A stretch of 64,000 nt of DNA from the NCBI GenBank assembly GCA_965645245.1, contig OZ287080.1, forward strand, positions 558,001 through 622,000. Direction: 5' to 3'. The notes below the pieces were generated by a model. The model saw only the letters and a program-made list of their open reading frames with translations, was not told the origin of the DNA and did not search any database. Positions 35,178 to 48,500 of the stretch are shown piece by piece; position 1 is the stretch's first letter; each line of letters starts with the position of its first letter. Source of the stretch: Massalongia carnosa (taxonomy: Eukaryota). Made by a program: the position numbers and the translations under genes.

Positions 35178-35312
35178 AGCCCTCGGCGGGGGTCGAACCC
35201 GCGACCTTAAGATTAAGAGTCTCACGCTCTAACACTTAAGTCAGCACGTGTGGTTCAATATTGGTATTGTAGGTAGAAGAAATATCATACCTGCCGATTG
35301 AGCTACGAAGGC
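35178..35312 (-). tRNA. tRNA-Lys-CTT: tRNA-Lys(CUU) with a 62-nt non-canonical GT-AG intron in the D-arm (exons 35312-35291 and 35228-35178)
   Basis: The spliced sequence GCCTTCGTAGCTCAATCGGCAG|AGCGTGAGACTCTTAATCTTAAGGTCGCGGGTTCGACCCCCGCCGAGGGCT pairs in all four stems. Anticodon CTT at 35217-35215. A box and B box (GGTTCGACCCC) intact. T-run terminator at ~35158-35163. Confidence 0.93.
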
Positions 35313-37229
35313 TTGTAATAGTCGAGTACTTCGTTATTATATTATTAATAACATTTTATGTTTATTATTATGTTATAGCACCATTACAAGCTGCTCTAGA
35401 AACTTGGTACGTATGTAACTACCACCAAAATCTAGAGTCCAACTTGCGCTCGGAGTGTTTGTAAACTCGCGAGGCCTCTCCTCTCTCTTGAAGCTCTGCT
35501 CTACATAAATAACTAGCCGTTCGCAACCCTTCAAGCCACAGCCTCCAGGATTTTCCAGGACCTTTTCCAAAGAAATCCTTCCTACTCTATGCAATTAAAC
35601 TATTAACGAATACCTAGACAAATCTTCGCAGTCACCAACCACTAACTAACTAACTAAATAAAAGGAGGAGGCGAACCTCCGTACAGATAGTGTTCGTTGG
35701 CAGTGTGGCTATGCAGCCAGAAATCCGTGATATTGGTGACAGCTCAAGGACTAAATGTTACCGTCTCTACAACGCCTTCGTGGAATATTTACTGTTTAGA
35801 ACTAGAACTAGATAGGGCATTACCAGAGATGGCCACAGCTCACCCTCCCGGGCACTGGGATCTCCTACTTGGTTGGTTATGAAAGGCACAGGTATAGTTA
35901 GTTTCCAAATCCAACATATCAACCCGTCTCCACCGAGGATAACTATTTATGGCACTCGCCAGCCCAACAACATTGCCGTCATCAACATCCCCTCAACGCT
36001 CGGGGTTTGCGATACGCATGATACCTATGTAGAATTAACAATCCTAAAATCAGGTTGTCCCTCTCTCCGTCATTCTCTACGGCAGGTTGTTAGTCAATCC
36101 CTCCCTCGCACTTCGCACAGGAAGCCGCAAATAACTAGTTACTCTCTCCAACACCGAAGCTTGGACTTTGGAGGCAGGGTAAGAGAATGTGCAGCACTGA
36201 AGAGGGAACGGAAAACGGCTGATGTAGGAAAATATATCCTATACCGTAGCTTCAGGCGTACAGGGTATTATGATACGAGCTTTTACGTTCGGATGTAACT
36301 ACTGAGAGCAGCATCTGGGGAGCTTTGCACAACAGGCGGATGGGAATCCTACTGGGTGGCATATGTATGGAACGGATCAGCGTTAGTTAGGTCATTGTTG
36401 TTGTTTGGTAGCTTGGATTATATAGAATTTACACCTGCAGAAGCTCAATCCTTTTGATATCGATCACGATCCCCAAACACAAGCAAGTACCTAGTTTTTC
36501 CGATGGGGAAAGGGGCAGAAAGGGGCAGATATCAGCATAAAGAACCAGCATTTTATTTCTTTTTCTTTTTCGGGTTTGTTCCTGTGTAGCTATTATAGTG
36601 TCTAGACAAAACTGGTCGTATACATAGTTACATAGAGTATGCGGAGTGAGTGAGTGAATCAGTAAACCCTATTGTCCTGCTCTGGATTTCCTAAACTAGG
36701 ACTCTCGGGGCATTGTATTAGGTTGGACTAGGCACAATGGTGTGCAGAGATATGATGAAAAACGGAGTTGGGGAAAATTGAGAGTGCGCCAATAATTAAT
36801 CAGAGAGAAGGGATTTTCAATCTTAAGGGGAGAGGAGCGGATTTCGCCTAAGGAGGCCCGGCTCGTTAGCTCACACGGCTGGGTGGAGAAGATCTTTTTT
36901 AAGATTGGAGCCGTTGCGTACATTGTACATACGTACGGAGTACTGTGTACTCTGTATCTCCTAGCCATCCACCCAATTAGGATGCACATGCCTTGACCGC
37001 GCGTCGTATGTAACGGGAAAGGTCCCAGTTTTGGGGAGATTTTGGGGGCTGGGAATGGACATATACCGCTTGCTCATTCGCTCTCTGTCAATTCTCCTGA
37101 TGGGAAACAGCCCTTTTAAAACTCACGAGGAAAAGAAAGTTTATCCAGCCCTTAAGCCGAAGACGCACCCTCACACATAATACTGAGACTGTATTTTCAA
37201 ATTTTCGCATAAGAGTGAACAAAATAAAC

Positions 37230-37748
37230 ATGCGATCCTCGCTGTTCCTCATCGCTCTAGCGGCAGCGATGGGATTTGCGTTCGTCTTAGCCCAGCAGGA
37301 AATGGAGTATGACGAAGTGGCTCGCGCAGCCGAAGGTCGCTCCGATTCGAGTCTTTATTCGATGCTCAAGGTAAAAAATATTGTTCTTTCATCCCTTTCC
37401 CAAAGGCTCCCGGCACCGACGATCTAACAATTTCCTCAGGCGCGGTGGGAAAGCGCCTCCCAAACCACAATCTCCGCCACCAGCACGTGGGACTCGTTAT
37501 ACCCGGAGCGGCTAGCGAACGCGCACATGACGCTGACCCCGGAACTGCAGGCTGCGCGAGCAGCGTGCGAGAAGGCAGACGAGGCGCTAGATGAGGCCTA
37601 CTTTGCGCTCATTGAGACGGAGGGGGTGCCAAGGGAAGATCGATATCGGTGGGCTTTTTTGATGGAGGGAGAGGAGCGGTTTTCGATAGATGCGGAGATG
37701 AGGCAGAGGCTAGATGCTGTTTTGAAGGTATTGAAACGGGAGGGTTAG
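37230..37748 (+). CDS. Small secreted helical protein, ~149 aa, 2 exons (37230-37370, 37440-37748)
   Basis: Signal peptide MRSSLFLIALAAAMGFAFVLA. Intron 37371-37439 (GTAAAA...CTAAC...CAG) joins two ORF-track fragments in frame. Confidence 0.65.
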
Positions 37749-38329
37749 GTTGCGGTAGCTCATCGGAGGAGGGAGAGGTGTTTTGAAGTGTTTGGTGGTA
37801 TGAGAAGGGAGTTGATGGAAGCCGTTTTGGAGGAGCTGGGAAAGAGGCGCTTGAGGAGTTTGGTTTTCGGCCCTCGGGGTATATGAGAGTTTGAAAGGTG
37901 GCTGAAGGATGGTGGTTGAACGCCTTTAAGAGTAACAAGGAGGTACGCCCTAATCTTAATAACCCTCTGCGAAGACTCAGATCTCTTTCTCACATCATCA
38001 ACCGCCTATGCGCACTCAACTACTTCCTTTTCAGACCGTTGATCCTCCCAAATCCGCTCCCTCAACTTCCGTCCACCACACACCTCCCTTCCCCGCTAAG
38101 ATAGTCTGCCATGCTCTATATTTGCCACAAGTTCGAGGTTCGAAATATTTGCGTAGCGCGGTAGCTAGTTATTCTCTAGTTCTTGTCACTATACGTTATT
38201 TTGAAGAATCCACCCTTTTCAAACTTTTCAAAGATCCTATACCTTAACAACAACTTTGCCCCTGGCTCTTCTGCTTAGAATCCACTGGTATGCCTACATC
38301 TTGATATCAGCTATGATTGACAGTTTAGG

Positions 38330-39440
38330 TTACTTCAAATATTACCTTCAACGCATCCTCCATCTCCCAGCACGAATCAATCTCAATCATCAGCTTGCTT
38401 TCCTCAACCATCTGCCGCAACTTCTCCAGGCTCGCCAAGTTGGTAATTCCACTAACACAGACATACTGCCTAGAAACGCCTCCTAAGACAGCCAACTAGA
38501 GAGCGTTCTTGAGCATCAGGAATACTGCGTATAGCAGGCTGGAAGCCGTGTACTCCTTGAACGCCACGCCTACGGTCACGAAAGGCTTTCCCAGGCTTAG
38601 TTTATTTGCGCAGTATGTATACAGGTCTTGAATTCTTTAAGCATTTATGACGGCGCTAAAGCGAAGGTTCGAGCAATGAGAGGTTAGGTACTCATGGACG
38701 GGTTCATGTACCTGATAATCGATAACCTAGTCCCAACGCATCAGTCGAGTAAGTATCAGGGCGTTGTTGACAAAGTAAAATTTTCAACGACAATCCTCGT
38801 TAGAAATGCAGCCTTTACGTAGACTCGAAATACCTACCTCGTCGGCGCCCAGCTTCCGAACGATCTCAGTATTTCGGCCCGAACAAATTGCTGCCACCCT
38901 TCCGCTCTCACCCACGGCATCCCGAACCATTTGCACTAGCATTGTGCCAATACCCCCGCTCGCGCCGTTGACTAACTCACTATCTCCCCGCTTCAAGCTC
39001 GTACTCTCAGCCAGCAGCAAAGCCGTACAACCTGCAACCCCAAGTCCAGCTGCTCCTTCGAAGCTCGTATTGTCGGGCTTACAGACTACAGCCTCAGAAT
39101 CTACAGCGGCGTACTCAGCCAGAGCGCCCACGCCGTTGAAGAGATGCGTTGCTACTGACACGGAGCCAAAGACGGCGGTCCCTGGCTTGAGCCTACGGTC
39201 TTCGGGAACGGCGGAGCCGGCAGCCACGAAAATGCCAGAGAAGTCAAGCTCAGGAATCGCCGGTCTGGCTCGAAAGATGAAAGGGCAAAGCTGCATCATG
39301 GAGTTACTAGGATTCAGCGCCGCGTGGGATATACGGACAAGAACGTCTTTAGGGGCGTTTGCTATAGGAGCTGTGGTGTTTTGGGAGAGCGTGAGGACGG
39401 GGGATGGATGTCCAGCGCGGAAATGGATCCAGGAATGCAT
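38330..39440 (-). pseudogene. MDR-family NAD(P)H quinone-reductase / enoyl-reductase-like gene (YIM1/RTN4IP1-like), probably pseudogenised
   Basis: AALNP, PELDFSG, GALAEY, VNGASGGIG, LGADE|VIDY. After the intron the frame contains stops (AVINA*, KNAL*). Confidence 0.75.
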
Positions 39441-40329
39441 GATAGCTTCGGATATAAATAAATAACATGAACATTGAGAGATAAAGCAGATTTTGTTAAA
39501 GCGACGTTCAACGGACTTCCTGCTGACATGAGATAACCATGCAATAATCTAAGTGGAGCTCAACAACGTTGCATTTCTCACCCGGCTCAAAAAGACAAAG
39601 GAGCTGTTGAAAGGTTAGGTTTTGTAACCTCTTGAAGAGAAGATTTAGGAAAAAGCAGTAATAGCCGAGATTGTATAGACACATATTTACCTAGGAAAGG
39701 ACGTCGGAACAAATGAGAATGGTTGATTGATGAGGCGATAAGTTACGTAACCAGAAACTATCGAGGAAGCTTCCATCCTTTTCAGTCTTCCGTTTTCTGA
39801 ACCACCATGGAAGCCCTTGTCTCAAGACGTGCACTTACCCACAAAGTAAGGAAGCTGTCTTTTGTAAGGCTAAACCGCCTTCTTCCCATGGAGGAGTCTA
39901 GAGCTCCTCCCCACCACGGGTTACTAACAGGAAATAGCTATGATCGGTGTACTAAGAATTTGTGAACGATTTGTAAAGCAGGATGTGAGAATGCCCATGC
40001 TTGAGTAGGAATATCGTGCGAGCTGAGGCGAGAAATCTGTTCCGGATGACCGCCTCGAGTCGTTATACTAGGCCACCACGGCACATACATCATGAAGTAG
40101 AAGGAACGCTACTTTGAGCCCTGATGGATTGAGCCCGAAGTCCCTATTGACAGAATGCATCTTAGCTTAGGGCTTTGGACAGTCCTCCGTCATGCTTCAA
40201 ATCCTGCGCCTATCGCCATGCTAAATGCCAAACCGTTCCTCCTTCCGCTCTTACCTTGCATTTCATAATTTCCATCCGCCAACTTGCAGTTACAGCCTTT
40301 GAGTATCGTGCTTCCCGATTATTAACCGC

Positions 40330-43055
40330 TTAAGATTCTGCATGGCTGGGCCCTGCTACGCTTTCCGGGATTTCTCTTCCTTTGCCCTTCCTATCCCGTT
40401 TCTCCCTTTCTTTCATCTCGTTGCTCTTGCTTTCGTTGCTTTCATCCCCCTCTTTACCTTCTCTCTTATTGCTGTTGCTCTCCTCCCCCATCTCCCGTTC
40501 ATGTCTTGCCTGGTCCTCGTCCTGCGTCTGTCTTGCTCTTTCTCTCTCCTCTGCTCTTCTTGTAGCTTCTGCCGCATCCCTCGCCGCAATATGACGCTCG
40601 CCGACGCCCGGAATCAAACTTGCGAGAAAAAGTGCAATTGCTCGTTCCGCCCTCCTTAGATATTGCCGTCCGAGAATTCCATCCCTTTGCCCTCGTTGCC
40701 TTAACAGTCTCTCGGCTGTCTGCTGAGGCGTGGCTAAGACGTTAGAAAATTGTGAATCCTGTCCCTGCGGCGGATTGACATTTTCTTCAACTACAGCAGC
40801 ATTAGGAAGGAGATGGCGTTCATTGTTAGCTAAAGGAAGTAGATTTTCCATATGCCTTCGAAATGGTTCCCACAGCGATTGTAGCATGGGGCGAAAGAAA
40901 CTTGTCTGTAAGATGAAAATTAAGAAAGCGCCAATACCTAGGAAGATAGCACGCCGATGGCCTCCACCACCCGTGAAGAAATACACAAATCCGAATAGAC
41001 GAACAAGAAGCCAGATGTGACCGCCTAGAGGGAGGAGGACACGGATGAGATCTCTAGCTTGGTTAACCTGTTGCTCTTGCTGTTGTTGTTGTTGCTGCTG
41101 CTGTGGTGCTGGTGCATCCTGAACGCCAATAACAGGGGGGATTTGCGCATTTGACTCGTTGACAGGGTTTGCAGGTTGAGTGGGGGTAGGAATGTGAGAG
41201 TGGCGGTGGGTTAGGGGGCTTTGATTTGAACCAGCCAGCGCAGGAAACTGCCCTGCAGTAGTGTAGATGCCCTCAGGCGAGACAAGGAGTGCATACGGTC
41301 CATTTGGGGACGAAAGCAGATAGACGCTAGTAGGCTGAGAGGGGATAGTAGAGTGTTGAGATGGTAATGAGGGAGGCTGGAGCGTTTGTAAAAGATGTGA
41401 TGAGGGGGTTGGCGATGATTGAGAAGGTACGGACGGTTGAGAGGGTAGTGAAGAAGGTTGAGAGGATGATAGATAGCGTTGAGAAGGTTGTGAAGAAGAT
41501 TGAGAAGCGATTAGAGCTGGTGAGGAGGGTAGTGAAAGGGCTTGAGAACTGAATGGGGAAGTTTGAGGTGCAGGTCTTCTAAGATGAGGTTGTTCCGAGA
41601 CAACACGCCTCAAAATGTTATTCAAGCCTGCGCGCAGGCGATCGGCCTGGTTTGATAAATTATCAAGCCGATGGCGAAACGTGGAGACACTACTCGATGA
41701 GATATCCGGCAAACTAGATATACTATGTAGTAGTGTCCGAGCGGACTCAAACATGGCCACCGTCGGTGCAGTTCCTCCTGCCAGCGCGGTCTCGATTGAA
41801 GACAGGGTTTGCTCAAATCTAGATTGCAGTGATTGTCCGTTGCTGGGGTTCGAAACCGGCAGGTCTCCGGGGATCATCCTAGAGGAGTCTATAGATTGAG
41901 GGGTTGGAGTTGTGATAGGCATAGGTGGTGACGCGGTATTGCTGCGGTTAGACAAACTAGAACTCGGGCGGTGAGTTTGCGTGTTTTGGAAATCATGGTA
42001 ATGATTATGTTGGTGAGGAAGGGTAACAGTTTGAGTACTCTCAATAACCATACGCCAATGTTCTCCATTTGGACCGTGGTTCTCCTGAATAACTCGACTG
42101 TTGGCTGGAAGGCTAGGTGCAGTAGAATTTTCTAGTGGTGAGGAGATCCCCCGATTGGGCATAGAAGATCCGCCGGATTGCATTAAATTGCTTCGATCAT
42201 CAGAATTCATACCGTGTAGCTCAGCGGCAGCTCTAGCTTGCTGTTGCTGCACTATGATTGACTGGAAATTTGGAGGTATAAAGTTAGGTTGTGAAGACGG
42301 ATTATGATTAGCTTGATTCTGTGAGCCAGCTTGAGGCATAGCATTGCTATTCGGGGGAATAAGTGCTCTCAGCCGTTGATTCATCGTCTCGAAGTGGCGA
42401 TTCATTGCTTCTTGGAGATACGGTGGTAAGGGGGCTGGCAGCGGCGGAAGGGAGGTGTTTTGGGGGTCAACGTGTGGATCGGTAGATTGTGGCTGCGAAA
42501 GACTCCCTAGAGAATTGATTTCTGGGGCTACAGCTGTGTTAAGCGGGACTTGGTGACTGGATTGGTGATCTGCTGCAAACGGTGGTATCCAACGTGAACG
42601 CTGATTGTTTAGGTTTGCAACGTTAGTTCGCGTGGTCAAAGGCGTAGAAGATCTGGATGGGTTTGTAGGTCCAGATGGGGGTAGGACCAGGTGCAGTGAA
42701 AGGGATTCGGACTGGTCGATCTATGTAGGTTGGTTAGCACACCGAATATAAAATATAATTTGGGGATTTAGCGCACCGTCTCTTGAGAGAAAATATCTTT
42801 CAGGGTCGCTCCCTCTTGTATGAGCGCTTTGCCTCTATATATCAGACGCTGTCTATCGGGAGCAGGTCTTGAGGCCACCACATCACGTATTTTTATTTTG
42901 AGCTCGCCTACTGTGGTGGATGTAAAGATGTCGGAAAATGTGAGTCGGCTGGGAACCTCGATGGAGGGTGAGAGTACGTGAACCACAATCGATTGGGGTT
43001 TTGCTTCTGATTCCTTGGAAGAACCTTGAGCGGACAAATCTCCTTCATCCATCAT
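40330..43055 (-). CDS. Ubiquitin-like-domain membrane protein, Usa1/HERP-like ERAD scaffold; 2 exons (intron 42776-42721)
   Basis: N-terminal UBL (TTVGELKIKI...QRLIYRGKAL). Long disordered region. Hydrophobic hairpin HIWLLVRLFGFVYFF...AFLIFILQ. C-terminal ALFLASLIPGVGERHI. Confidence 0.75.
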
Positions 43056-45558
43056 AAACTTCTGCGCCCCCCGTATTTGACCTTAAAGTATCCCTGAGAA
43101 GCAACCTCGATTCATTACACAAGATAGATTGGGTGTTATTGCTCCAGGACTTACAGACTCAGGTAACATGTAGAACTAAAGAGTAAGCATTGAAGAGATA
43201 TGGAAAGGATACTATGAGCAATCTGGCATATATGATCTAGCCTTGTAGGGCTGAAATAGCTTACCTAACAAGATTATACTTGGACCTAACTTTGAAAATA
43301 ATTGCAATTTCTGTGAGAAGTTTGAAGTCAAATCATTAATTTTGAGTCTCAAACTAGTAATTTTCCGTTTGGGTACTTTTGGAAAAACCATAGAAGTAAG
43401 TCATTCATTCACCAAAGATTTGATGGGGAATTTTATTTTTGGTATGTCCTTGGGTGGCTTATTTTTCTGTGGAATACAACAAGCTCCAAGAGCTGTAGTT
43501 ATCCACCCAATCTCTATCTTCTTGAATGTGTTATTATATTTGATAAAACTCTAAGCATACTTTAGTCTTAATGCTTGGCTTAGTACCCGTAAGCAATTAA
43601 TCATATTTTCAGCTATACACTTATCATCTATCGCTTCGCCGTAAGCTTCTTGCCTAGAAAGCTCCTTGTATGATAATGTCGCCGCTGATGTTTTTTTCGC
43701 GAAAGAGGCAGCTTTAATCAGCATGAAAACAAGATGCTGGGCAAATTGACGGACAATAAGAGCTTTCCTAGGTGTAACCAGGAGGAGTAATCATAAGAGA
43801 ACAAACAAGCCCAATACCCGCAATTGTAACATATGCTAGTTGGTACATTGAGTTGAACTCACAATCTCATTAGATTATACGTATTACCACGGCTGCACAT
43901 TATTTTCATGTAGTTGAAGCTTCCTGGGTAAGTACCACAATGCTTAAGGCCCTTGCTGTATGTCACCTAGTCTAAGATGTAAAGCTTGTCCTTTTGTCCA
44001 AACGCTACCTTATGATAATCCAGCTTGGTATGGTATAACTGTAGCTTTAGATTAGTCAGTTTGGATGACTTTTACAAGGAATTGGTAGATGTGGACACAG
44101 ACTAAGGAGAGCCATCACGTTGCACCTTCTCGATATTCTGAGTCTAAGATTGATTAGGATAAAAAGAGTGAACCAGCGCCCAGCCGATGACCAGCGCGGA
44201 CGAAATAACTTGAACGGGAAAAGCTAAATCAGGAGGTAGTTACGTGAAGCACAGACCGCTCTCGAAGGAGTGTGAAATACCTTTAATCTTATTCAAGAAG
44301 CTCACTTTATTGGCCTAGAATATGAAAGTGAGTGTAGAGTGTTTAATTTGCTGTGAAGTAATATATCTCCAGAGGTTAGTCCATGCTCAAAAGATTGAAA
44401 AAAATTAAGTCAACTTCCTGGGTTACAGGCCTGAGATAGTATAACTTAATTGGATCTTTGAGAAGGTCATCCCATAACGTGGTATCGACCGTCGAGAAAT
44501 GTTAATAGGACGGATTACTGAAAAGAGTCCACTGCGGTTGTTAAGCATGGCGTACTTCGATACAGATCCAACTCAACGAGTTGCAAAATTATTAGTTCTG
44601 TAGAAGAGCCCTTTCTTCGACAGAGATGAACAACTCTTGAGTTTAACTTAAACCCAAGGGTTGGGACTCTTTTGCCACTTTTAAAGGTTTCTCTTTCGTT
44701 TTGTTTAAACAATATGACTTATTATCTTACATTTCGTCCTGCTAAGAGCGACGAACACTATATCAAAGTTCTGATCTCAGTGTAAATTGGTTTTCGGATG
44801 CCTCACCTTTCGTTAATCATGGTTTTGCTTGTAAGCGTTTAGATCATGATCCCTATTAAACGCCGCTTTGGAACCGTTCTAAACTGTACATGTAATTCCT
44901 TATGGTATACGGAGTAGAGTGACAATACGGCCGTTGGTTTTTTTTCTTCTTTTTTTCTTTCAATCAAAATCTGCACTATGCTCTAGAAGAAGTATACACG
45001 GCATAGTAGTTCTGAAAGCAGTAAACCCGAAGTGGCTGTAAGGGCGAAGTTCTCCCAAAAATTCAGGGATATTTCCTAACGGATTTCTCTTCTTACAATG
45101 TGACAGGTCACGTTCGACTTATCTCTGTCCTATTTTCATAAACAATTGTAAAAAAGGAAGCATAAGATAGTTACTAGCTGCCCCAAGATTTCAAGAAAGG
45201 AAGAAAAGTTCAAGACAGTAGTTAGATTTCGAGAGTAAAAACTGAAGGAGAAGAACGACTCAGATTTCTACCGCAAGACTATGTAAATGCTTGTATGAAC
45301 TGGTAGAAGCTTAATAAATAAAGTTGAGTGAAGCCGAGCGAAGCGCCTAACGCGGCAGGATTAGCTACCACGCCCTACAAGGCAACTTTTTAAATGCCAC
45401 TTGTCCAGAAAGCAGCCCATTGATGACAGCTCGCAAGAGCTGCTTCCTGTCCTTTCTGGTAAGTTGATTTATTTTCACGTCGCCAGACCCAGCTTCGATA
45501 TTTGACAAAGGGCCTTGGTCTTCAATTTTAACCAGCAAGACGTTTCTTTCTCCACATC

Positions 45559-48500
45559 ATGCCCCCATATGGCAAAAGGCGGCTCTCCTTGGTCTCGATA
45601 CTATCATTACTCTTCATCCTTGCCTACACAGCATCAGCAGCTTCTGCAGTTCTCGGTATAGATCTTGGAACAGAATACATCAAGGCAGCTTTAGTGAAGC
45701 CGGGTATTCCTCTGGAAATCGTCTTAACGAAGGATTCCAAGCGAAAGGAAACCGCTGCCGTTGCGTTCAAACCTTCGAATTCCAAGTCCACGACACTAGA
45801 ATCTAATGCATTCCCGGAGAGGATATATGGGGGAGACGCCTTGGCTCTTTTGGCAAGGTTTCCGGGTGATGTTTACCCGAATCTAAAACCACTTTTGGGA
45901 TTACAATTTGAAAATAATGTGGTTGTCGCTAAGTATAGAGGAAGATACCCCGGTCTTCATGCTGTCAATGAAAAGGAAAGAGGTACAGTTGGGTTTCGGA
46001 GTGAGAGTTTCAAACCTGAAGAGGAGCCCTTCCTGGTGGAGGAGCTTCTCGCAATGCAACTGAAAAACATTCGGGGAAACGCTATGGCGCTTGCGGGCAA
46101 AGGATCAAGTATCCATGATGCTGTGATTACCGTGCCTTCGTTCTACACAGCTGAGGAAAGAAGAGCGGTGGCTCTAGCAGCAGATCTCGCAGGTCTACGG
46201 GTTTTGGCATTAATCAGCGATGGGCTGGCCGTTGGCTTGAACTACGCAACTTCTAGAACCTTTCCAAGCATAAATGAGGGAGGCAAGCCGGAATTTCATC
46301 TCGTGTACGATATGGGCGCTGGTTCCACCACCGCAACGGTACTCAGGTTCCAAGGAAAGACTGTGAAAGATGTGGGGAAATTCAATAAGACGGTGCAGGA
46401 AGTTCAAGTCCTCGGTTCCGGCTGGGACAAAACTCTGGGAGGGGACGCACTCAATGACATCATATTGGAGGATATGATCCATAAATTTGTATCTACGGGT
46501 CGTATGAAAACTCTGGGTGTAGACGCCAAACACGTGAAAGAGCATGGTAGAACCGTTGCAAAGCTTTGGAAGGAAGCTGAAAGGATGCGACAAGTTTTGA
46601 GTGCCAATACGGAGACCTCTACGGGTTTTGAAGGACTCTTCTATGAGGACGTTAATTTCAAGTATAAGCTCTCTCGAGCAGATTTTGAAAAACTGGCATC
46701 TGGATATTCGTTGCGTGTCCAGAATCCTATTAATACTGCTCTGGAATCAGCAAAACTTAGCCTTTCGGACATTGAATCGGTAATTCTCCATGGAGGAGCT
46801 GTTCGCACTCCATTTGTGCAAAAGCAACTTGAAGCTGCAATTAAAACCCCGGAAAAGGTTAGGACTAATGTAAATTCAGATGAAGCAGCAGTATTTGGCG
46901 CTGCGTTTAAAGCAGCCGGAATTAGCCCCAGCTTTCGGGTAAAAGATATTAGAACTGGGGATATTGCGGGGTTTGCCTTTGGCGTTGCATGGACTTTGGA
47001 TGGCAAAGAAAGGCAGCAAAAGATTTTTGTTCCAACTTCTCAAACTGGAACTGAGAAGCAAGTATCCTTGAAAGTCACTAGTGATCTATCATTCACTCTG
47101 TACGAACAAGTTCCAGGGGAGACTGCAGATTTGATCGAGCGTCCGGTTGTAAGGATCCAAACACTGAATCTGACATCGTCGGTTCAGCAATTGACCGAAA
47201 AACTCAGCTGCTCATTGGCCGACATAAGCACACAATTTGCTATCAGACTCAGCCCGATAGATGGCTTGCCTGAGCTGGTCAGGGGCTCGGTCAGCTGTGA
47301 AGCTACCGAGAAAAAAGGTGGAGTGGTTGATGGCGTCAAAGATTTTCTGGGCTTTGGATCCAAAAAGAGTGAGCAAGAGCCGCTAAAAGAGGATACAAGC
47401 GCGAAGCCTTCCATTTCAAGCTCTGGGAGCGAATCATCAACGCTTTCGTCTCCCAAAGAAGAAAAAAGCTCTGATCCAACGACTAAGAAGACTGCGGATG
47501 CGAACGAGAAACCCAAGGACGCAAAAAAGATGGTTGAAACAATCTTTCTCGACCTCTCAACACAACCCGCAGGGCTGCCTTTATTCAGCGCTGATAACCT
47601 TCAACGAATCAAAGATCGTCTTACCTCATTTGATGCCTCCGATCAATCTCGGATGAGACGCGAAGAGACGCTTAACACTTTGGAAGCATTTACCTACAAA
47701 GCTCGGGATCTATTGGAAGACGAAGGATTCATAGCAGCATCGACCGAAAATGAACGTGCCAAGGTTGAAGAGCAGTTCAAGAGTGCAAGCGAATGGCTCT
47801 ATGGCGAAGGTGCAGACGCTACTCAAGAAACTCTCAAGACACGACTTGATGAGCTTCGTGGTTTGGTTAATCCGATTCAAAAGCGTAAAGATGAATCAGC
47901 CAAGCGACCGAAGGAAGTTAAAATACTACAAGAGGCCTTAGAGCAAACAAAGGCAATGATCAGTATGATCAGCCAGAACAGGGAAGCACAGTCGATTGCA
48001 GATAAAATTGCTGCTTCATCATCGTCCTCCTCTGTAGCTGAGTTCGAAACTACGACAGCGCCATCACCGTCAGTCACGGACGATTTTGCTGACCTTGAAG
48101 ACGATTCTACTACTACAACTTCCACAACAACTACGGATTTACCTCCACCACCCCCAATGCCGAGCTATTCCGTAGAAGATCTCACGACCTTGACCGAAAA
48201 GCAAGAGTTTATCCAACAATGGCTAGGTACCAATCTAGCCGAACAAGCCAAGCTATCACCTACGGACGACCCCGTGATACTTTCTTCAGACCTAGCCGCC
48301 AAATCTAAAGAGTTGAATGAATTCGTAATGAGGCTGCTTCAGAAGCAGATGCAAATTCCGCCCCGGCCGAAAAGCACTAGCAGAACTAAGAAGGCAGCTG
48401 CCAAGACCTTGACCGTTAAGCCAAGCGTAACGGAATCTGCCGAGAATACAGAGGAGACAATAGACGCAATGGAGGACGTCTTCAAGCAAATGCCTGACAT

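Noticed and set aside
35229..35290. tRNA intron as a canonical or BHB-type intron, or as a TE footprint
   Set aside because: It is not at position 37/38, no bulge-helix-bulge pairing is evident, and there is no TIR or TSD beyond the AG shared with the splice junction.
38806..39465. 219-aa plus-strand ORF
   Set aside because: Antisense to the MDR oxidoreductase frame; no recognisable motifs.
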